Assembly (NCBI GenBank): GCA_035712285.1
Contig: DASTBA010000104.1
Coordinates: 1-55,355 of the forward strand
DNA length: 55,355 bases
Origin: Gemmatimonadales bacterium
GTDB lineage: Bacteria; Gemmatimonadota; Gemmatimonadetes; Gemmatimonadales; GWC2-71-9
Direction of reading: 5' to 3'
Position 1 is the first letter of the stretch. Each line of letters begins with the position of its first letter. Position numbers and translations under genes: made by a program. A model generated the notes under the pieces. The model was not told where the DNA came from. It ran no database searches and saw only the letters and a list, made by a program, of their open reading frames with translations. Below are positions 27,901 to 35,316 of this stretch, piece after piece.

Positions 27901-28622
27901 CGCACGGGTGAGTTGAAGGACCGGGCCGGTGCCGCCGAGCGGTGCCGGCGGAGGAAGGCGGTGAGGTTGCGGCCGGCGCTGAGGATGTGCCCGGATACGA
28001 GCCGCGCCGCCGTCCCGGCCGCGCCGGCCCGCGCAGCGCGCAGGATGGCGCGATGCTCGGCCTGGGCGCGGGCTTCGCCCCGGGTGAGCGCCAGCTGCAT
28101 GCGCATGTACCGCTCGCTCTGGTGATGGAGGTTCTGCACCATCGCGAGGGAACGGCTCCGGCCGGCTGGTGCGAGCAGCGTGGCGTGAAACTGCCAGTTG
28201 AGCTCGGCCCACTCGTCCACCCGCCGGTCGCGGAACGCACGGTCGTACCGATCGAGGACCTCGCCGGCACGGCGCAGATCAGCGAGCTGCAGTTCCGGAA
28301 CCGCGCGCCGCAGGAGATCCGCCTCGACCAGCGCCCGGAGCTCGAACAGCTCGGTGATCTCGTCCAGCGAGAGCGACGAGACCACCGCTCCGCAGTGCGG
28401 GTGGATCGCGATCAGCCCCTCGGCTTCCAGCCGGCGCAGGGCCTCCCGCACGGGGATGCGGCTCATGCCGAGTGCCGCGGCCACGGCGTCCTGCCGGATG
28501 GGCGAGCCCTCGGCCAGTTCCCCTTCCAGGATCCGCTCGCGAAGGGCGTCCGCCGCGAGATCGGTCACGGTGCGGCGCGCCGGAACCGCACGCGGCGCGC
28601 GTATCACGGCCCGCGCGCTCAC
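27897..28622 (-). CDS. GntR family (FadR/FCD) transcriptional regulator
   Basis: LRERILEGEL...GMSRIPVREALRRLEAEGL HTH, FCD domain (LFELRALVE, NWQFH, AEHRAIL); GTG start 28622 (alternative 28607). Confidence 0.93.
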   Translation of the reverse strand: MSARAVIRAPRAVPARRTVTDLAADALRERILEGELAEGSPIRQDAVAAALGMSRIPVREALRRLEAEGLIAIHPHCGAVVSSLSLDEITELFELRALVEADLLRRAVPELQLADLRRAGEVLDRYDRAFRDRRVDEWAELNWQFHATLLAPAGRSRSLAMVQNLHHQSERYMRMQLALTRGEARAQAEHRAILRAARAGAAGTAARLVSGHILSAGRNLTAFLRRHRSAAPARSFNSPVR

Positions 28623-29908
28623 ACGAACGGCCGGTCCACCGCGGGACTCTGCTCGGAGAAGAACTTCGGGCCGCTGTCCGTCATGTGGAGGCAGTCCTCC
28701 AGGCGGATGCCGAACTCGCCGTAGATCGCGATGGTGGGCTCGTCGCTGAAGCACATGCCCGGCTGCAGCTTCGTCTGGTTGCCGCGGACGAAGTTGGTCC
28801 ACTCGTGGCCGTCGAGACCGATGCCGTGCCCGGTGCGGTGCGGGAGCCCCGGCACCTGGTAGCCAGGGCCGAAGCCGGCGTCGGTGATGACCTTGCGCGC
28901 GGCATCGTCCACCGATCCGCACGTCGCGCCCAGCTGCGCGGCAGCGAAGGCGGCATCCTGGGCCTTCCGTTCGAGGTTCCAGATTTCCGTCTGCCGGGCG
29001 GTGGGCTTGCCGAAGACGGTGGTGCGGGTGATATCGCTCTCGTAGTGCTCCACCGCGCAGCCGGCGTCCAGCAGGACCACATCCCCCTCCCGGAGCTGCT
29101 GCGGCTGGATGCTGCCGTGCGGGAAGGCGGTGAACTTGCCGAACCCGACGAGGGACCAGGTGCTGCTGCCGCCCAGGCGCCGGAACGCCGCTTCGGCGTT
29201 GGCGCCGAACTCACGGGGCGTCATCCCCTCCTTCAGCGTGCCGAAGGCCGCCTTCATGCCGGCCACCGTGATATCGTTGGCCCGCTGCATCAGCGCGATT
29301 TCCGCCGGCGACTTGAACATCCGGCAGCCGGCGGTCACCGGCGTGGCGCTGACCATGGCCGCCTGGGGCATCACCTGCCGCACGCCGTCCATCACGAAGA
29401 ACCGCACCCGCTCCTCGAAGCCGATCTTGCCGGTCGCACCACCCCGATCCCGCAGGATCCCGGCGATCACCTCGTACGGGCTGTCATCCTCCTGCCAGAC
29501 GCGCACGTCCTTCCCGAACCGGATGAGCTCCCGGGCGCGGGCCTCCTCGAATGCCGGACAGACCCAGGCAAGGTCTCCCCGGGCCGGCACCACCCCGACG
29601 AACGGCCGCTCGGAGAGCCCCCACTGCATCCCGGTGTAGTAGTAGAGGCTGGTGCCGGGTTCGAGCACCATGCCGGCCAGCCCCTGCTGCTGCATGAGGT
29701 CCTGCGCCCGGGCCAGGCGCTGGTGGCGTTCGTCGTCGGTGATGGGCTGGATGCCGGCCGTCATCGGCTTGAGTGCCTCGATGGCGGGCGGCAGGGAGGG
29801 ACAGGGAGGCTCGGTGGCCACGGCACCTCGGCGGCCACGGGGTCCGATGGCAAGGGCGCCGAGCCAGCCGGCGGTGAGTCCCGCGAACCCGCGACGATCC
29901 ACGTCCAT
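28619..29908 (-). CDS. Xaa-Pro dipeptidase/aminopeptidase (M24) with Tat-like signal
   Basis: MDVDRRGFAG twin-Arg start after SD GGAGG; metal ligands in LLDAGC, SDITRT, HRTGHGIGLDGHE, SDEP, IRLED. Confidence 0.92.
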   Translation of the reverse strand: MDVDRRGFAGLTAGWLGALAIGPRGRRGAVATEPPCPSLPPAIEALKPMTAGIQPITDDERHQRLARAQDLMQQQGLAGMVLEPGTSLYYYTGMQWGLSERPFVGVVPARGDLAWVCPAFEEARARELIRFGKDVRVWQEDDSPYEVIAGILRDRGGATGKIGFEERVRFFVMDGVRQVMPQAAMVSATPVTAGCRMFKSPAEIALMQRANDITVAGMKAAFGTLKEGMTPREFGANAEAAFRRLGGSSTWSLVGFGKFTAFPHGSIQPQQLREGDVVLLDAGCAVEHYESDITRTTVFGKPTARQTEIWNLERKAQDAAFAAAQLGATCGSVDDAARKVITDAGFGPGYQVPGLPHRTGHGIGLDGHEWTNFVRGNQTKLQPGMCFSDEPTIAIYGEFGIRLEDCLHMTDSGPKFFSEQSPAVDRPFV

Positions 29909-29933
29909 CGCTGCCTCCGTTGAAGAACTGGAT

Positions 29934-29945
29934 ATTGTATACAAT
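29934..29945. promoter_or_regulatory. Perfect palindrome ATTGTATACAAT, candidate GntR operator overlapping a TACAAT -10
   Basis: 12-bp perfect AT-rich palindrome 26 nt upstream of the first operon gene in ~70% GC DNA. Confidence 0.75.
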
Positions 29946-29977
29946 TCCGCCGAAAAGGCCAGCCGAGGAAGACCGGG

Positions 29978-31603
29978 TCAGCCGGGCCGCAGCGCCTTGC
30001 CCTGCCCCGTGCCGACGCGTGCCCCGTCCCGGAGCGCGATCCGGCCGTTCACGATCACCGCGCTGATGCCGACGGGATACTGGAACGGATTCTCGTAGGT
30101 CGCGACGTCGGCGATCCGTGCCGGGTCGAACGCCACCACGTCGGCCGCGAATCCCTGCCGCAGCTGCCCTCGCTCCCGGAGCCGGAGACGGCGCGCCGTG
30201 TGTCCCGACATCTTCGCGATCGCATCGGCCAGCGGGAGCGCCTGCCGTTCCCGGACGTAGCGCCCGAGCACGCGCGCGCAGCTTCCGATCCCCCGCGGGT
30301 GCGGCGTGCCGCGCCGGGTCGGGCCGTCCGTCGCAAAGCCGCCGCCATCGGTACACACCATGGCGAGCGGGTGGGCCAGAATGCGTTCGAGATTCCCCTC
30401 GCTCATCGCGAACCCCACCATCCCCACACCGCCCCGGCTCCGCCGGAGCAGATCCGTCGCCGCCTGATAGGGATCCGCTCCGATGCTCGCCGCATAGCTC
30501 CCCAGCCGCTTTCCCTCGGCGGCGCGATCGCCCTCGTTCCGGACCGAGGTGACCTCGACATTGTCCCAGCCGCCGAGGCCCGTCACCTTGGCGAGCGTCG
30601 CCTCCTTGATGCGGGGTGCCGCGGACGCATCCTCGAGCCGTGCGAGGAAGGCGTCCACTCCACCGTCGCGGCTCCAGAGGGGAAAAAGATTCGTGAGACC
30701 GGTGGAGTAGGCGAGATACGGGTACCGGTCGAAGGTGACATCCATGCCGCGCCGGTTGGCCGCGGCGATCTTCCCGAACGCCTGGTCCAGCTTGGCCCAG
30801 TTGGCCTGGCCCTGCATCTTGAGGTGCGAGATCTCCAGCGGGCAGCCGGCACCCTCGGCGACGGCAATGGCCTCATCCATGGCCTCCAGCACATGGTCGT
30901 CCTCGTTGCGCATGTGCGTGGCATAGGGCAGCCGCCGGGCCCGGAGTGGCCGGCAGAGCGCGATCAGCTCCTCCCGCGAGGCGAACCCCCCCGGCGTGTA
31001 TTCGAGCCCCGACGACGCCCCGCACGCGCCATCGTGCAGGGCGCGCTCCACCATGGCGGTCATCCGCGCCAGTTCCGCCGCCGTCGCGGGCCGGTCCATC
31101 TCGCCGATCACCCGTTCCCGGATGGATCCCAGCCCCACCATGGAGGCGACGTTGACCGCCGGGGCGAGGGCTTCCATCCCCTGCATCATCGCCGCAAAGC
31201 TGTCGTCGGTGTCGCCGGTGGCACGGGAGTCCCCATCCTGGCCTGCGACGATCGTGGTGATTCCCTGCCGGATCGCGGACTCGGCCCGCGGGTCCGCCTT
31301 GAGCGAGCCATCCACGTGCGAGTGGATGTCGATGAAGCCGGGCGCCACCGCGAGACCGCGGGCATCGATCTCCTCAGTCGCCCGGCCGCCCACGCGCGCC
31401 GCCACCTGGACGATCCGGCCCGACGCGATGGCGACATCGCGCACCTGGCCGGGATGACCGAGCCCGTCGAACACCGTGCCGCCGCGGATGACGAGATCGT
31501 GCTCCCGCGTCAGCCCGACCAGGGCAGGAGGCGCCGCCAGGGCGGCGAGTACGGTGCCGGTCGTCGCCACGAAGGTGCGCCGATCGGTGGAACGTGCGGA
31601 CAT
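29978..31603 (-). CDS. N-acyl-D-amino-acid deacylase (D-aminoacylase) family amidohydrolase with Tat-like signal
   Basis: TDRRTFV twin-Arg; LAVAPGFIDIHSH, SGLEYTPG, HMRNE, ISHLK, PHPRGIG, LRQGFAADVVAFD. Confidence 0.9.
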   Translation of the reverse strand: MSARSTDRRTFVATTGTVLAALAAPPALVGLTREHDLVIRGGTVFDGLGHPGQVRDVAIASGRIVQVAARVGGRATEEIDARGLAVAPGFIDIHSHVDGSLKADPRAESAIRQGITTIVAGQDGDSRATGDTDDSFAAMMQGMEALAPAVNVASMVGLGSIRERVIGEMDRPATAAELARMTAMVERALHDGACGASSGLEYTPGGFASREELIALCRPLRARRLPYATHMRNEDDHVLEAMDEAIAVAEGAGCPLEISHLKMQGQANWAKLDQAFGKIAAANRRGMDVTFDRYPYLAYSTGLTNLFPLWSRDGGVDAFLARLEDASAAPRIKEATLAKVTGLGGWDNVEVTSVRNEGDRAAEGKRLGSYAASIGADPYQAATDLLRRSRGGVGMVGFAMSEGNLERILAHPLAMVCTDGGGFATDGPTRRGTPHPRGIGSCARVLGRYVRERQALPLADAIAKMSGHTARRLRLRERGQLRQGFAADVVAFDPARIADVATYENPFQYPVGISAVIVNGRIALRDGARVGTGQGKALRPG

Positions 31604-31724
31604 GGGGCCTCGAACACGAGGGGAATGGCCGAAGGGGCACAGTGAACTTAACCCCTTCCCTGTTGTCTCATGCTACTTCATAATTCGCGCAGTACCCGCC
31701 ATCCTCGACCGGAGCCCGCTCTTC

Positions 31725-32177
31725 ATGGTTCTCAGTGATTTTGTGCGTGAATCCGATGTCCATCTTGCACTCGACGGCACCACCAAGGAGGAGGTGCTTG
31801 GCGCCCTCGTCGGCGAGCTCGGGCTCGCCAGTCAGGACGCCGCGATGGTCCTCCGGATCCTCCAGCGCCGGGAGCACCTGGGTTCCACCGGCATCGGGCG
31901 TGGCGTCGCGATTCCGCATTGCCGGACCCCGCTGGTAGACCGCCTGCGCATCGTCTTCGGGCGCCGGCCCGGCGGCGTCGAGTTCGAGGCCGTGGACAAC
32001 CAGCCGGTCTTCTATGTCTTCCTGCTCGTGGCCCCGCCCATCGAGGTCTCCAACGACTACCTCCCGGTGCTGGGTCGCATTGCGCAACTGGTGAAGGAGC
32101 CGGATGTCCCCCAGCGCCTCGGCGAGGTGGCGTCGCCCGCTGAATTCCTGCAACTGCTTGCGGAAAAGGGAGTGTAG
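31725..32177 (+). CDS. PTS EIIA (PtsN/fructose-mannitol EIIA_2 family)
   Basis: RREHLGSTGIGRGVAIPH phospho-His motif, VEFEAVDNQPV; start moved to ATG 31725. Confidence 0.92.
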   Translation: MVLSDFVRESDVHLALDGTTKEEVLGALVGELGLASQDAAMVLRILQRREHLGSTGIGRGVAIPHCRTPLVDRLRIVFGRRPGGVEFEAVDNQPVFYVFLLVAPPIEVSNDYLPVLGRIAQLVKEPDVPQRLGEVASPAEFLQLLAEKGV

Positions 32178-32192
32178 TGCAAGGAGGTCACG

Positions 32193-33584
32193 ATGAGGAG
32201 CGCAGTTCCGCAGTCCATCCGTTCTGAAGCCCCGCGCCACAATCTCCGCAGGACTCCAGCCAGGCCACCGCAGTCGGACACCGCCATCGAGCGCACCCGC
32301 GCCGCGCTCGCACACCTGTTCGGACCGGTCAATCGGCGCGATTTTGCCGTCCGCTTCTGGGATTCCGGCGTCAGCGATGCATCCATGCAAGGTGAGCCGG
32401 CGTTCACGCTGGTCCTCTCCCGGCCCTCGTCGCTCCGGCGCATGCTGATCCCGCCATCCCAGCTTCGGCTGGGCGAGGCCTATGTGACCGGCGAGTTCGA
32501 GGTCGAGGGCGACCTCACCGCCGCCACTGCCCTCGGCGAATCGCTGCGCGACCGCTTCAGTTCAGCGCGATTCGCGGCCCGGGCAGTGCAGCTGCTGCTG
32601 CGCCTTCCGAAGCCCGGCCCGCGCACTCGTCCAGCCGCCCGTGCCGCCGGCCGAAGTGGCGAACGCCACAGCCCGGCCCGTGACGCACACGCCATCCGGT
32701 CTCACTATGACGTCGGCAACGCCTTCTATGCCCTCTGGCTCGACCCGGCGATGGTCTATTCCTGCGCGTACTTCCCATCCGGCCAGGAGTCGCTGGCGGA
32801 GGCGCAGCGCGCCAAGCTGGACCACATCTGCCGGAAGCTACGCCTCCGGCCTGGCGAGCGGCTGCTGGACATCGGCTGCGGATGGGGCGGCCTGATCCTG
32901 CACGCCGCCCGGGAATACGGCGCGCGTGCCCTCGGCATCACGCTGAGCCCGGCCCAGGCCGAGTGGGCCCGCGACAAGATTGCCGCGGGTGGTCTCGCCG
33001 TTCGCTGTGCAGTCGAAGTTCGCGACTATCGGGCGCTCGGAGGCCTGGGACCGTTCGACAAGATCGTGAGTGTGGGCATGTGCGAGCACGTGGGACATGC
33101 CCGCCTGCCCGGCTATTTCACGGCGGCCTGGGATGCCCTGCGGCCCGGCGGACTGTTCCTCAACCATTGCATCGTCAGCGGCCAGGACCCGGCTGGCGGC
33201 CGGAAGCGGAGCATGCGGAAGTGGATCTGGCGCGAGGGGCGGTTCACCGACCGGCATGTCTTCCCCGACGGCCAGCTCCCCATCCTGGGGCCGCTGCTGG
33301 AGATCGCGGAGCAGCAGGGCTTCGAGACCCGTGACGTGGAGTCGCTGCGGGAGCACTACGCACTGACGTTGCGGCACTGGGTTGCCCGGCTGGAGGCGGC
33401 ACGGGAGGAGGCGACGGCCCTCACCAGCGCCGAAACGTTCCGGACCTGGCGGATCTACCTGGCGAATTCGGCTCGCCAGTTCGTGGCTGGGCGCATGGGG
33501 CTGGTGCAGGCGCTGCTCGCGCGGCCGGACGCGGAGGGCAGGGTGCATCTGCCGAGGACTCGGGAGGATCTGTATCGGTCGTGA
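32193..33584 (+). CDS. cfa: Cyclopropane-fatty-acyl-phospholipid synthase family methyltransferase
   Basis: SD AAGGAGG; HYDVGNAFY, MVYSCAYF, LLDIGCGWG, FDKIVSVGMCEHVG, HVFPDG, HYALTL. Confidence 0.92.
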   Translation: MRSAVPQSIRSEAPRHNLRRTPARPPQSDTAIERTRAALAHLFGPVNRRDFAVRFWDSGVSDASMQGEPAFTLVLSRPSSLRRMLIPPSQLRLGEAYVTGEFEVEGDLTAATALGESLRDRFSSARFAARAVQLLLRLPKPGPRTRPAARAAGRSGERHSPARDAHAIRSHYDVGNAFYALWLDPAMVYSCAYFPSGQESLAEAQRAKLDHICRKLRLRPGERLLDIGCGWGGLILHAAREYGARALGITLSPAQAEWARDKIAAGGLAVRCAVEVRDYRALGGLGPFDKIVSVGMCEHVGHARLPGYFTAAWDALRPGGLFLNHCIVSGQDPAGGRKRSMRKWIWREGRFTDRHVFPDGQLPILGPLLEIAEQQGFETRDVESLREHYALTLRHWVARLEAAREEATALTSAETFRTWRIYLANSARQFVAGRMGLVQALLARPDAEGRVHLPRTREDLYRS

Positions 33585-33628
33585 GTCGTGAGTCATGGGT
33601 TGGAAGCCCTACGACTCACGACTCACGA
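33579..33628. repeat. Heptamer (GTGAGTC) inverted-repeat element between convergent genes
   Basis: TCGTGAGTCGTGAGTC (33579-33594) / GACTCACGACTCACGA (33613-33628) is a perfect 16-bp inverted repeat. Confidence 0.85.
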
Positions 33629-35255
33629 GCCAGCGCCGCGCTGCCTCCACCTCTGGTGCCGTGACCGTGTGCCCGCCCGGCTCCCAGTGCATCGTCACAT
33701 CGGCACCGGCCTTTGACAGCAGATCCGCCAGTCGCTGTGCTTCCTGTGGCGGGATCATCGTATCCCTCCGGCCTGCACCGATGAACACGGCGGTGCCGGC
33801 CAGCGCCGGCACCGGGTCGGGATCGAACGGCACCATCGGACTCAGGAGAATGGCGCCGCTCAGCACTCCCGGATACCGGAGCAGCAGGCTGGCAGCCATG
33901 TTGGCGCCGTTTGAGAACCCCACCGCGACGATGCCCCTGGCGTCGAGGCCGTACGTCGTGATCGCGCCCGCGATGAACTCCTTCAGCTCGTCGGTTCGCC
34001 TTGCCAAGTCCTCGAGATCGAATACTCCCTCGGCGAGGCGCCGGAAAAAGCGATTGGCGCCGCGCTCGCTCACCTTGCCCCGCGGGCTCAGCATCCCGGC
34101 GCCAGGCAGGATGGCCCGGCCAAGTGGAAGCAGGTCCGATTCGTCGCCGCCGGTGCCATGCAGCAGGAGCAGCGTGGTGCCGCCGGCCAGTTCGGCGCCC
34201 GGTTCAGGCGGGATGTACCGATGCACGAAGCCCAGCGCCATGTCGCTCACGTCTTCCGGTCCCTGATCGAGATTGAATGCCGATGTCTCCGCCGTCGGCG
34301 AGCCCAGATGGATCCGCGGCAGCGAAGCTTCGAGCGCCGCGCGACGCGGCTCCAGGTGCGCCGGCAGCATGAGCCGTTCGCCCAGGTGCGCCAGCGGCTC
34401 GTCCAGCGTGAAGCCGGGCGTGTCGGTCGCCAGTTCGAACAGCACACCGCCCGGCTCCCGAAAATACACCGACCGGAAATACTTCCGGTCCCGCACCTCG
34501 GTGGGATGGAGGCCGGCCTCGATCACACGGTCCCTCATCGCCAGTTCGGCGGCATCATCCCCGATGCGGAACGCCACATGATGCACGGTCCCGGCGCCAC
34601 CGGCCGCCGTCCCGAACCCGCCGATGCTCCGCACGTTGATCAGCAAACCTGCCGCTCCACCACCCACCCCGTAGCGCCTGGTCGTGCCGTCCTCGCCGAC
34701 GGCCCGGAAACCGAGCGTATCGGCAAGCACCTTCTCGGTCGCGTCGCCGGCCTCGGCCCAGATCGTCACCGAATGGACGCAGCGTATGGCCTGTTCCGGC
34801 GTCACCCCGGTCGCGCCGGGCCAGCCGGTGCGCGCCTCGGCGGTCGGATCACCGACCAGTTCCAGCATCAGTCCGTCCGGATCGGCAAAGGACAGGACCT
34901 GCTCGGTGCGGCCGGACACGAACGACCGGCGGGAGGGTCCCTCGTGCTTCACGCCGTGGCGGATGAGCCGTTCGATCCAGAAGCCGATCGCCTGGGGCAG
35001 GACCGCGAACGACGTGACCGCGACCTGTCCGGTTCCGTGGCGCCCGGCCCGGGCGCCGGGCCAGGGAAAGAACGTGAGGAGGCTGCCGGGAGCGCCGGGC
35101 TCGTCGCCGAAGTAGAAGTGATAGGTCTGGGGGTCGTCGAAGTTCACGGTGCGCTTGACCAGCCGGAGGCCGAGCACGCCGGTGTAGAAGTCGAGATTGC
35201 GCTGGGGATCCCGCGCGATGGCGGTGACATGGTGAAGGCCGAGGACGCCGGGCAT
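33609..35255 (-). CDS. Fusion of VOC ring-cleaving dioxygenase (MhqO/MhqE-like) and alpha/beta-hydrolase (MhqD-like carboxylesterase)
   Basis: LHHVTA...NFDDPQTYHFYFGD, VHHVAF, DRKYFRSVYFREPGGVLFELATD, then LLLLHGTGGDE, GFSNG, GRRD, PGGH triad; no stop between the domains; start ATG 35255. Confidence 0.9.
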   Translation of the reverse strand: MPGVLGLHHVTAIARDPQRNLDFYTGVLGLRLVKRTVNFDDPQTYHFYFGDEPGAPGSLLTFFPWPGARAGRHGTGQVAVTSFAVLPQAIGFWIERLIRHGVKHEGPSRRSFVSGRTEQVLSFADPDGLMLELVGDPTAEARTGWPGATGVTPEQAIRCVHSVTIWAEAGDATEKVLADTLGFRAVGEDGTTRRYGVGGGAAGLLINVRSIGGFGTAAGGAGTVHHVAFRIGDDAAELAMRDRVIEAGLHPTEVRDRKYFRSVYFREPGGVLFELATDTPGFTLDEPLAHLGERLMLPAHLEPRRAALEASLPRIHLGSPTAETSAFNLDQGPEDVSDMALGFVHRYIPPEPGAELAGGTTLLLLHGTGGDESDLLPLGRAILPGAGMLSPRGKVSERGANRFFRRLAEGVFDLEDLARRTDELKEFIAGAITTYGLDARGIVAVGFSNGANMAASLLLRYPGVLSGAILLSPMVPFDPDPVPALAGTAVFIGAGRRDTMIPPQEAQRLADLLSKAGADVTMHWEPGGHTVTAPEVEAARRWLVSRES

Positions 35256-35316
35256 GGAGATTAGACTTAGTGGGATCGGGTCGAATCGCAAGCATGCCGG
35301 GGCGGAGGAGCATCGG

